This document shows positions 11,720 through 24,367 of a stretch of DNA of 64,000 bases, piece by piece. How positions within the stretch are numbered: position 1 is the first letter of the stretch; every line of letters starts with the position of its first letter. Both the position numbers and the translations under genes were made by a program. Location: positions 24,005,412-24,069,411 of the forward strand of contig NC_069000.1 of assembly GCF_001194135.2 (NCBI RefSeq), given 5' to 3'. Under the pieces are notes generated by a model. The model searched no databases. It was not told where the DNA came from and worked only from the letters and a program-made list of their open reading frames with translations. Origin of the DNA: Octopus bimaculoides. Taxonomy: Eukaryota.

Positions 11720-11885
11720 CAGACTTTAATATTGTGCCACGCCACATGTGCTGGTCTTGATGTGTTGGAACAAGAATTCTGGTTGTGTTGTCACCGTGTT
11801 TCAAGTGTATTAAGTCATAGTAAATTCCTTGCCGGACAAGGCATGACTGAGCTATGGATTGCAGAATACCTTGAAGCTAAATCAG
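11720..11885 (+). CDS. BBS12: BBS12 exon (QTLILCHATCAGLDVLEQEFWLCCHRVSSVL...GQGMTE...KSG), phase 0-1
   Basis: Acceptor CTTCACAG, donor GTCAGT. EQEFWLCCHRV matches the BBS12-type EDRFWTCAYRL motif; GQGMTE corresponds to the chaperonin GGGAxE motif. Confidence 0.85.
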
Positions 11886-12511
11886 GTCAGTTCATATGAT
11901 TTCTATTATAATGTGAGGTAAAGTAGGCTAAGTTGCAAATGATGATTTATGTAAGGATAGTTGCAATGGCAAGTAATTAGGTTAAAGTTTCTGAGTGTAC
12001 AGAATTATAAGTTGAGGCTCAAAAAGAACATGCCCCACACTAACAACAGTCTCTACAGAAGTATAAAGAATTGCCAGCCTTCCCTTCAGGCAAATACACA
12101 TACATGTATATAGTTCACTGCTATATATATATATATATATATAGCAGAGATGTGTAACAAATACCTCATGGATATATAGTGCTAAGTTTGAAGTTCCTGC
12201 AGGTGTTGCAGCAGCAATGACAGCACTGAGCTCTTGTGTAAACTTTTACATAATCACCTGACCTGCTGAAAAGTAAGACAAATGTTTCTATCAGTTGTCA
12301 TTTGACATTCTCTGTAGTCAAACCATTTATGCCAGTCTGAAATCATGTTGCAGGAAGTCGTTTCACCTTTTGACTCATGGGTTGATAAGTACCAGTGTGT
12401 TATTAAGATTTATTTTTAGTTACTAAACAGGGGTTGTATTCAGTTATATTCACAGAGAAAAATCGAGCAAATCAATCTTGTTAAAGCTTTTTACTTTGGT
12501 TTTGTTAACAG

Positions 12512-12795
12512 ATGCATTGAAGCAACAGTACAGTGGAACATCTAACATTGAAGATTTGTATCAGGCAGAAATTCTCTCTAAGCTTGCAGACAGTTTCCGA
12601 AATTATCAAGTTAGAGTTCAGCTGAATTCTGGTTTGCTAAATTCAGAAATTCTATCAGAGGCTCACTGGAGAGGTTCGCCACTTTCCAAGTATCACATAC
12701 TTGATGACTTCCACAGTAAAATTCATGGTTGGAAGAGAGCTGTTCAGTTAGTCTGCATCTTGCTGCACACAGATGCACATATCATTCTGTGCTAA
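12512..12795 (+). CDS. BBS12: BBS12 terminal coding exon (...ILDDFHSKIHGWKRAVQLVCILLHTDAHIILC*)
   Basis: Acceptor GTTAACAG, phase 1 matches the previous exon. The C-terminus matches the group II chaperonin/BBS12 end ([25 protein letters not shown]-like). Confidence 0.85.
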
Positions 12796-15080
12796 TGGTT
12801 TAGGTGCCCTACCAGCGATACATCATATTTGATTTTCTTTTTTTGTTTGAGGAGATGAGCAGAAACATTTGACTGTTGAATTAAATACACTTCACTATTT
12901 ATTGAGTTCAAATTCTGCTGGGAATTGATCTAATCTGTCAATCCTTCCGGGCTGACACAAATACATATTAGAGAATGGACTGGTGATGATGTAAGAAACC
13001 ATTATTGGGAAACCAGTATCAGTAGACAGAATATCATGCGATAGTTTCATGCCTTTAAATCCTGCTGGGTTAACTTTGCTTTTCATCTTTTAAGGGGTCT
13101 TGAGCTGGTACTTAAAACAAGTACCAGTTAAGTATTGTAATCAATATAACTGGTCTCTATTCACAAATGTGACTTTGTATCAACATTAACATTAGTACAA
13201 AGGTGGATGTAACAAAGCATCAGACTAAATACTATTAGGTATTTAGTTGTAACCCTTTAGGTTTTGGGTTCAAATCTGTTCAGGTCGGTCGTCTGTTTTT
13301 CATATTGCAGGAACATCAGGCATAGCTGCCTACTTAAGAAGTTCACTTTGCAGATATGTTCTAGGTTTGATCCACTACACAGCAACGTTTGGCAGGTGTC
13401 TTCAGTTATAGCTTCTGGGTCAACCCAAGCTTTGTGAGTAAATTTGAGTATATGGCAATCTGAATATATATATATATATATATAGGTGCAGGCATTGTCA
13501 AGTGATTATGAAGTTTGCTTTGCAAGCATCTTGCTTCAGGTTCAATCCCACTATACGGTGTCTCAGGCAAATATCATTGACTGTAGCCTTGGAGAGACTA
13601 ATGCCTTCTGAGTGGAATTAGATGGAAACTGCAAGGAAGTCTGCATGTATATATATATATATACACACATAAATACTCATTTCCCCATTTCTCTCCTTTT
13701 CACTTCAGTTATCTTATCCATCTATCAATCACACCCACCTCTTATCCCCACCACGTATGAACTTTGCTCCACATACTGCCCTTACACATCCTTCACTAGG
13801 CCTATATATGAGAAGCTGTATTGGTCCATCCTCATGCTCTGTGGCTACCTTTCCTTCCTCCATCTATTTCCCCACTTGTGATGCTTACCTGTCAACTATT
13901 ATTCATCACCCCATTCTGCCTCTTTTTCTGTCCTCATCCCCACCTCATCTCCCTGGCCTTATCCCTGCATGACTCCTCACCTTCAACTATTTTCTCTTTC
14001 ATATTCTCTTCCAATGTACCTCCCATCCATACTCACCATTACTACTGTGTCCCTCTCTTTCTCATTAACCACCAACACTAAACCAGTGCTTTTCCCTTGC
14101 TCCTTCAGTACTCCCCTCCCCTAATAGTGAATACTCTTATTCTCTCCACTATTACTGTCACACAAATATAAACCTGTTCCTTTCAACTCTTTGCATAAAA
14201 TCATTGCAATTTTTCTTACTGTAAGTTGCTGGGAAACCTTAGTGTTGCTGCTGTGATAAAAACACCCAGTATACACAGGAAAGTGGTTGGTGTTAGGAAG
14301 GACATTCAGCCATAAACATTTATGCCAAAACAGTCAGAGCATGTGATCCTCTGACTGACACTCTGTTGGTTACGACTATGAGGGTTCCAGTTGATTCAAT
14401 CAATGAAACAGCCTGCTCATGAAATTAATGTGCAAGTCGCTGAGCACTCCACAGACACATGTACACTTAACATAGTTCTCAGGTATGATACAATGTGATA
14501 AGGCCGACCCTTTGAAATATTACCAGCTGAGTGAACTGGAGCAACATGAAATAAAGGTGTCTTGCTCAAAGACACAAAGTGCCACCAGGAATCGAACTCA
14601 TGACCATGCGATCATGTGTCGAATACCCTAACTACACATCTCTGACTCTAGATGTTCAATTATCAAATCCATGCCAGCATGGAGAATGGACATTAAATGA
14701 CAATGATATATATGTATATACACACAAATGTGTATGTGAATTTCAATTCTGCATGTCATCATTAGCAGTGATGTGTTTACTTTTTTTCCTTTGAACAAAT
14801 GTTCCTTAGTTCAGTGGATGTGTAGGCAATAGGAACAATATCTACCCATGAAAAATCTACCACAATTAAGTTTCATCAAACCCATGCTTGCATGGAAAAA
14901 CAGATGTAAAAATAATAAGGATATATTAGCAAGAAAGCTAATAAACTGGTGTTCTTGAACAAAAATATCCTATCATATTTATACTGCCCATCATTTGTTA
15001 CGAGTTTCCAACATCCCAGTCACTGGTTCACTATTTACAGTCAAGAGTGATGGGAGTGGCCCTGTACAATTAGGGACACT

Positions 15081-16235
15081 ATCATCATCATCGTTTAACG
15101 TCCGCTTTCCATGCTAGCATGGGTTGGACGTTTTGACTGAGGACTGGCGAACCAGATGGTTGCACCAGGCTCCAATCTGATCTGGCAGAGTTTCTACAGC
15201 TGGATGCTCTTCCTAATGTCACAGAAGCTTTTTATGTGCCACCGGAATGGAAGCCAGTCAGCTGCTCTGGCAGTGATCACGCTCGGATGATGCTCTTAGT
15301 GTTCCACTGGCACGGGTGCCAGTCATTGAATTTGATTTGATTTTGATTTCACTTGCCTCAACAGGTCTTCGCAAGCAGAGTTTAGTGCCCAATGAAGGAA
15401 AGGTACACATAAGTGGACTGGCTACATCCCTGGCTTAGGCCACGGGTTATGGTCTCACTTGGCTTGCCGGGTCTTCTCACGCACAGCATATTTACAAAGG
15501 TCTCAGTCAGTAGTCATTGCCTCGGTAAGGCCCAATTTTCGAAGGTCGTGCTTCACTACCTCTTCCACAGGTTCCCTCAACCGCTAGGGTGTGGCACTTT
15601 TTCACACAGCTATCCTTGTCCGTTCTCACCACATGACCATACCAGCACAGGCGTCTCCCTTGCATGCCACATCTGATGCTTCTTAGACCCAACTTTTCTC
15701 CCAAGGTACTTACACTTTGTCGAGTATACGCACTGACATTACACATCCATCAGAGCATACTGGCTTCATTCCTTGTGAGCTTACGCATGTCCTCAGCAGT
15801 CACAGCCCATGTTTCACTGCCATGTAGCATAGCTGTTCGTACACATGCATCATACAGTCTGCCTTTTACTCTGAGCAAGAGGCCCTTTGTCAACAGCAGA
15901 GGTAAGAGCTCTCTGAACTTTGCCCAGGCTATTCTTTTTCTAGCAGCTACACAGTCACCTAGGTAACGGAAGCTATCAACTACTTCTAGTTTTTCTCCCT
16001 GGAATGTGGCGGAAGTTGTTCTCTCCACATTTTCAGTGTTTATTGCGCCTGAGCATCTGCCACATACAAAAACTATCTTCCCAGTTAGCCTTCCTTTGAT
16101 ATTGCTGCATCTCTTATGTGTCCATAGCTTGCACTGGGTACATCTTATAGAATTTCCACCTACGCCTTTTCTACAGATCGAGCAGAGCCATCTACTAGCC
16201 TTCCTACTTATTAGGACACTGGTTTTAGTTAGGTT
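15081..16235 (-). mobile_element. 5'-truncated RTE-clade LINE (PHD-like finger, RT C-terminus, 3' UTR, (GAT)n tail)
   Basis: ORF 15750-16280 (CSICRKGVGGNSIRCTQCKLWTHKRC...VVDSFRYLG...RIAWAKFRELLPLL) is near-identical to 35600-36400; tail at ~15081-15092. Confidence 0.9.
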
Positions 16236-17683
16236 ACATATTGTTTGTAAAATGTGAGAAAAATAAAGTCCATTTTTCATAATCTATACAAGTTTCCATT
16301 AATTTTTCTCTGGTAAAATGGGAATTATTTTTGTCATTGTTAATATGAACTGTTATTGTTTTTCTTGTTTAATCCCATGTCAACCAACAACCAAATGGAT
16401 TTAAACAATGATCATTTTGAGTTTTTTTTCCAGATATAGCCTATCTAAGACTATATATCCAATGTGACTTCTTTTTATTTTAAAGAGAATAATGTGTAAT
16501 TTAGGGGAGATATGGTTGTTATTTTCTGTTAGGTTGAATAACCACATAACAGTTTTTTCTTTGGCTATTGCCCCCAACTATCCCATATTTAACCCTATTG
16601 TGCTGTGTTCCTGGTATAGCATAAACATAATCTCTACCAGCCCGATTCCTGTTAAAGTGGTAATGGACAACACATAGAAAAACAAGAGAAATTACTAAAA
16701 TTAGACAACCTATCATGTTGCAGCTTTATGACTTATTGTTAATGATGCACCCCACGGCTGTTGTTTACTTGTTTTCAATAAAGAAAATGAGAGATTTTGC
16801 AATGAAATGAGCGTGTGATGAACCCAACACTTCATCTAGTAAACGAGCTAGGCCTAGACTCTTTGCAGCTGATTATGATATTGATAATATTTATTCTTCA
16901 GACAAAGAGTTTACCCTTACACAGGCAATGAGAGTCATTTGGACAATGAAACTGGTGAAAGTGATGAGGAAAGCATAATTTCAGCTGAACAATTATGGTA
17001 GTTGAGAGAAAGGCCTACTGTTTATTTTCCTGAATATTTTTGTGATTCTGTCCATTAGTTTGTCTGTAATCATTACTCTTGAGATGTATATGCAACAATT
17101 TATTTATTTTTTTTGCTCAGGAGCCCTGGTTTGAGAGGGTTAATCAACTATGAAATTGTAATGGAACCTACTGTTATGTAGAGATGTTGAGTCATGTGAC
17201 TCCCTCAGTGGCACAATGAATTAATAGCTGTTGCAGGAGCGAGCTTTTTAAACTGACTATGCTCACTAAGGCTGTTCATTGAGGAGGGCGGGGAAAGAAA
17301 ATCAATACAACCAGCAATACACCTAGTTCAATCAGTTCTTGTTCTCTAGGACATCAAAAACTAAAGAAAACAGTAAAGAAGTGAGATGTGTTGTCAATGG
17401 AATATCTGCCTTCATCCCCCCTAAAATGGCATAAATTAGTTTACTGAAATGTCTGTGGTTGGTTATAACAGTAACCCAGATTTGCTCCTGCAAAACTTGA
17501 TGGAACTTAACAAGAAATATATATATATATAAAATATTGGAACTGTAAATAAATGTTTGGATACAATTTTAATGGAAATTCTGTCCAACAGAGCAAAGTC
17601 CATATTTGTTGTGCTGTTATTGTGAGCCATTGACATGTTCAATAGATATCTGTATAATTTACAATAACAAGTTTTTTAAAAAA

Positions 17684-17838
17684 TCAAAAGAAATCTGCTG
17701 CTTTTTGTCGCTTCGTAATTCCCTTTTTCTTCTTAGCAACAAGAATTGGTGATGGAGAAGGTTTCAAAATACCTGTTCTTGGCTTCTTTTGGGAGTTGAA
17801 AGGTGTTTCAGAGCTAATTGGGGTCTCTGGCAGAAATG
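17684..17838 (-). CDS. RRP1B: RRP1B exon 12 (AFLPETP...KPRTGILKPSP...KRQKAADFF*)
   Basis: Matches the RRP1B-type C-terminus (GxLK...RxxAxDFF); stop TGA at 17686-17684. Confidence 0.92.
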
Positions 17839-18787
17839 CTGAAATCAATGAAAAATGAAAATTTCAAAGTAAATGTTTGCCAAACTAATATCACAAGAGT
17901 TGTTACAATCAGCCTTATCTATATCATCAGGTTGGAAAGAAATTACTGTCACATTTCAATATATATATAAAAGAGCTTCTTTGGTCTTAATTTATATATT
18001 TCATCATCAAGATAATATTTCTCTTCATTATTGATAATATCATCCCATCTGTTTCGCAAATTGTCAATCCTCTGAGCATAAAATCCTTCAGGTTTCAAAG
18101 TAAAGAAACACTCAATACCATTTTGAACCTCTTCACAATTAATAAGCGTTTTCAGGTTCATGTTGTAATGGACCTGAAAAGATGATAGTCAGAAGGTTAA
18201 TGAGAACGAGGCAAAACTTCCATATTTGGTGTCATAACCCATGACACTAAATATGACCTTCTCCCAAATGACTTGGGCATTATCTTGTAAGAGCAGCGCT
18301 TTTTGATTGACAAGGAGAAGGAAACTTTGTAATACACATTTTCTCTTCTTCAATGTATAAAGATTCACACAAAGTTCTAAATATGGGTTGTATGTTGTAC
18401 AATTCAAATTGTACATGTACATGTGTGTGTACGCATGTTGATCTGTGATTTCATAAATACCATCAGTGCAAAAACAGTGACATTGTTCAAATTTTCCAGT
18501 AAACAAAAAGTCCCACACTTCAGTTGCATTTGACAATTGAAGAAGGTTGGCAACAGGAAGAGGCTCTACTTATAGAAAATCTTCCCCAATAAACCTCATT
18601 TAACCAATCTCAGCATTGAAAACAAAAAAGGTTGATTCCACTTAGTAATTTTCAAAAAAATCTGAATGCACCAACCTTTGTTTTGATTCATGTCAAAACT
18701 GACTGACTTTCTGTCTTGTAAACCAGCATCACTTAGATCTGTTGAGATAATTTTGGGCTTCTATGACATATAAAATAAAAATATATA

Positions 18788-18845
<58 letters not shown>

Positions 18846-21800
18846 AAATTTAGTCAAACTGCATACTTTAAAAAGTTATACAGTTGTACATAGCTAAACG
18901 TTCTAACTAAAGACAAAACAGATGACAGATTGGTTCATAATAAGTAACTGTTTTCAGAGCTAAACCAAAATTCATAACCTATGTTCTCTTTTGGAGTCAT
19001 AGTACCTATTACTAATTTAACAGTATGTATGACTTGATCATACTGAAAATATAATCAAAAACTGAGGAGACACCACCTTGTTCTTTTTATTGTATTAGGT
19101 GAAGGCAGAGTTGTGCAATTAAGTTCACTTCACAATCAAGTGGTTTCATGTCCTGTCGCATTGCAAGGCATCTTGGGCAAGTATCTTCTACTAAAGCTGG
19201 GCTGACCAAAGCCTTGGGAGTGGATTTGGTAGACAGGAACTGAAAGAAGCCTATCATGTGTATGTGTGCGTCCTTGCCTTGACATTGCATAATGATTGCA
19301 AATGAGTGCCACTATCAAACAAGTAGTGTCATGCATTTCCAATCTTTTTGTGAAAATGTGCCTGGCCATTAGGAAATCTTCCTAGTTAGGAAACAGGTGA
19401 TAGTTGATTTGGCTATGAAAAATCTGCCTCAATAAATTGTATCTGACCCATGCAATCAATAACACTCCTAACAGAGAGGAATCCTGTGTAGTTTAAAAAG
19501 CTTGCTTTTCAACCATGTGGCCTCAGGTTCAGTTCCACTGCATGGCAACTTGGGCAAGTGTCTGGGCTAACCAAAGCCTTGTGACTGAATCTGACAGAAA
19601 GAAGCCTGTTATATATTTATATGTGTGTATATGTGTGAATGTACACAAGATAACTGCAAATGAAATCACCATCATACAAGCAATGTTGTTCATTTTCAGT
19701 CATTCATGGAGTAACATTACCTAGCTTGGAAACAGGGCAAACACCTGGCCATAGAAAATCTACCTCTAAACAAAATCTGTCTGATTCATGCAGCACAGCA
19801 AATACATACTGTGTGTGTGCACCCCAACATAATGACATCACTACACATCTTGCATGCATTAGTTTCAAAATTTTTTTATTAATAACTGCATTATTTCCAG
19901 GTCAACTGACATCTGACTATTCAAAGACTTGAAAAGTAACTAGCATCGACTTCTCTTCAAAATGGACAAAATTTCACATTGTGGTGTTACTTGCAGTAAA
20001 ATGACTTAGCCAACAAGGACATTCATGCTGACATGGTTGTTACATTAGGAAATGATGCTCTATCTTTATCAAAAGTGCAAAAATGGACAGCTGAATTTAG
20101 GAGAGGAACAGTGAGCCTTGAAGATAACTCGAGGTTTGGATTTCCTACAACTGCCACCACCAAGGAAAACATTGATTTTGTTGACTATAAACCAAAGAGC
20201 CAATACTTTTAGCATATCTCTTGAGAGATTTGAGAATATTCTGCACAATGAAATTTTCTGCTTGGTGGGTGCCATGTTTTCTGACACCGAACCAAAAGCA
20301 CATCATCACTTTGAGCCAGAGACAAAGAAACAATTAATGCAGTGAAAACATCTCTCCTTACCTGCTCCAAAGAAGGCCAAGGTTTTTTCATCTGCTGAGA
20401 AGATGATGGCCTCAGTTTTTGGGGATGCAAAGGTAATTGTGTTTATTGACTATCTTCAAAAGGACCACATCATCAAAGGAGACTACTATGCCAACTTGCT
20501 GAGACAGTTACAAAAGACTATGAAAACTAAACGCCCATAAAAAGTGATGAAATGGGCCTTGTTTTATCAGGGCAATACTCCCTGCTGTGTGTGACTGTCT
20601 TTGAACTGGTTGATCATCCTCCCTATTCTCCTGATTTGGCCCCATCTGATTATCACCTGTTCCCCAACAGGATAAAACACCTGGATAGGAACCAGTATCA
20701 CAGTGATGATGACATCATATCTGCTGTTGATGACTTTTTTAACGAACAGGATGAAAGCTGCTTCACCAGTAGAGTACAAGCACTGCAACAGCGATGGAAG
20801 AAGTGTGTGGACTGCAAGGGGGACTATGTTGAAAAATAAAGTGCATTAGTAGCTTGCTTACCAACCACATGGTTCCAGGTTCATTCCCACTGCATGGCAC
20901 CTTGGGCAAGTGTCTTCTACTATAGCCTCAGGCCGACCAAAGCCTTGTGAGTGGATATGGTAGACGGAAACTGAAAGAAGCCCGTTGTATATATATGTAT
21001 GTGTGTGTATATGTTTGTGTGTCTGTGTTTGTCCCCACCAACATCGCTTGACAACCGATGGTGGTGTGTTTACATCCCCGTAACTTAGCGGTTCGGCAAA
21101 AGAGACCAATAGAATAAGTACTAGGCTTCCAAAGAATCGAGGTCGATTTGCTCGACTAAAGGCGGTGCTCCAGCATGGCCGCAGTCAAATGACTGAAACA
21201 AGTAAAAGAGGATAAAAGAGAATTTGGTCATTTTCCATGAGAGTATCTTAGTCAGCCTATGAACTTTTCAGCTGAATCTCATACACATATTCTTATAATT
21301 TGAGTTTTGCAAGATGGAGAAACAATTTATTGCCAGAGTAATCAGCAAGCATTCTGAAATGTTTCCAGCTCTTTAGCTACAATTATTTTTTACTACAAGC
21401 ATTTCCAGCACTAATTAAAATCACTAACATAACTGGAACTACCTATTACTTCTAGAGAATCATCCACTCAGTTAATTCCTTCCCATTTCCATGTGCACCC
21501 TTTCTGCTGTGTATCTGACCTCCTTTCATTTATTTGATTGATTACTTCAAGTACGCAACATTGAGTTTCCCTATTATGTCAAAGTTTAGCATCAAAAACA
21601 GCTTTTAATAATAGATCTAGAAAGTATAGATGTCTGGCAGGAGCCCACCTTCTCCTTTACTGGGGTAAGAGAGCAACAGATATTACTGATTTGTATGGAT
21701 CTGAATAGTCTATCAAACAGTTTAGCCCTAGGTCAAATCTGATTCAGTAAACCTACCACCAAATGCATTACAGTCATTTCATTCATTCATCATCATTCAA

Positions 21801-24334
21801 TGCCCACTTTTCCATGCTTGCACACACAGGATTTCTAGAGTTGATGCACTTCCTGCTGCCAACCTTATCTGCTTCCAAGCAAGGTAATATTTCCCTTTGG
21901 ACAGATAGAGTTTCTCAGGCAGAAAATGAACATCACTTGTATGAGGGCGACACTCATTTACAACCATTACATGATATCAAGACAAAGAGAGACACAACGG
22001 GCTTCTTCCAGTTTCAATTTACTATTGCTCACAAGGCTTTGATCAGCCCACAATTATAGTAGAAAAGATTTGCCTAAAGTGCTGTGCAGTGGGACTGAAC
22101 CTGAGACCACATGTTTGGGAAGCAAGTTTTTTAACCACACAGCCATGCAATTTGATACCTCTGTAATTATTTCTAAGGTATCACTTTTACCTTTGTAGCA
22201 GGTAACTACAATGCTGCTACACCAGTTGGGAATGATTCCCTCAAGGACAACCCGATTAACTAAATGGGTGACTAGGCCATATCCCAAATTGCTTTATCTA
22301 CTAAGCTACTGTCAATTCAGGTAGATAGTCCCTCGGTTGGGTCCACCTTAGGCAGATTCTCCTTCTCCCATGCATAGCGCCTTTTATAGTGGCACTTCCA
22401 GGCCTCTTTCTTTGTAGAATCATTAACTCCAAAGTGTAAATCATCTGTGCGAAAACACTTCTTCCCTAAACTAAATATACCTGTCTCCTAGATTCCATTC
22501 TAGCTACCTGATATAGTTCTCCACTACCAGTCCTTTCAGGCCTGTTTCTTCGCTCTAATAAAAAACCTATGTAGTAGAAATAGAAACATTAATTGTAACT
22601 TGTTTCAGTCTTTGGACTGTGGCATCACCTTGACGAATTTAGTCAAACAAATTCACCTTGTACTTATTTTTATGTATGGTACTTATTCTATCAGTCTCTG
22701 ACCAAACCACTAGTTACAGGGATACAAAGAAACCAACACTGGTTGTCAAGCAGTGGGAAATGTTTCCCCACTGCTTAACAACTACAATTCATCTAAATAG
22801 CTAAAATTAAAATTATGTACACTCTTGCATAAACACAAATTCAGGACATGTTCACCATGCAAATGACATTTTTTATTAGTTGGCAAATATCAGCATGGAT
22901 CAGTAAACAGTTTGTACTCAGAAATCATCTACAAGGCCATCAGTTCTTGTTAGATTCAATGGTCCATGTACTTTTAGCTGACAGGATACAACATGTCAAA
23001 ACACTAGTATCCCAGGCAGAATCCCTTGTACTAATGAATCGAGTGTGTTACAAACACGTATTCATTGTAAAGAAGCTGTTCTCCTGTGATAAACACAACA
23101 GCATTTTCATATTTGCATTGGAATCTCCTAGAACTTTTTAAGAATAAATATACAAGTCATCATTTTGATGACTTGCTGTTAAGCATGCAAATGGTTATAT
23201 ATATATATATATATATTTATATGTACACAAATATACACACCCCAATGAGAAAGACCAGTATGATAGTATGATCTGTTAGGAATCAAACCTGTCCTCTTGT
23301 GTGCATATGTAAAATACAGAATTTAAAAAAATAAGAGGGAATCAGGAAAAAGTTTCATGTGCACTGTCCCTTCAAAACTATGAACGTGTATATGTACACA
23401 TGGTTTGCAACCAGAGTACAAAAGAGAGAAAAAAACTACATCAGTGCACGCATACATTTGTCACAGGGAAAATTTTGTGCAAAGCAAAAACTTTTTATGT
23501 ACACTGACTCCTAAAATTTAGTGGTAACACAAGTATAACACACACTGAGTTTTCTTTAGTATTATAGTATCCAGTCAGATTTACAGTCATTTCTGTATAG
23601 AAACATTAGAAGGTTATGTATACTAAATGATAAAAAAAGATAACTGAAAGTGAGACGAAGCTGGAAAACATACCACCATTTTTTCAAGAAAACAAGTGCA
23701 TATTATGCACAAATAAATACAGTAATTAAAATACCAAAAAGACCATTGCAAAATGTAGGGGAAAAAATAGTAAGACTTACATTTTTCTTTCTTATTGCAG
23801 ACATTTTAACTTTTGAAACAGCATTCTGGAAAAATGCTGGTGGTGATTCACAAAAGCTTTTAAGGTTTTCTGCCATTTGTGGTGGTTTAGCTGCTTTGGC
23901 AGGGTTCACATTTTCAACCTTAGTATTGCTGCTACCATTACCAATGTTGTTATTGTGCTTCTTCTTCTTATTTTTATTGCTCTTATTATTAGGTCCTTTT
24001 TTGTTGTTCTCATTATCATTTAAAAGAGCAGGCTCTTTCTTATTGTCCTCATTATTATTAACAGCAGTAGATGACACTTCATTTAAGAGATTATTTTTAG
24101 CAACCATATCAAAATAACGATTTAGCTTGTGTTTTATCTTTCTATCTGCAACTACAGTCTGCCGCATCTGCTTGGTATTGACAGTATCTTTCAGCTGGTC
24201 ATAAACAACGTTCGAATCTGGAGAAGTCTTCAGTCCAGTTGGTAATGGAAATGTCCGTTTTGAGTTTATATTATGTTGCTTCGCCTTCTTATTCTTCTTG
24301 TTCTTTTTATCCTGGTTTATAAACAAATGAAATG

Positions 24335-24367
<33 letters not shown>

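Noticed and set aside
22743-22781. Small hairpin AAGCAGTGGG...CCCACTGCTT
   Set aside because: Best explained as a local inverted duplication at a truncated SINE end; no independent sign of function.
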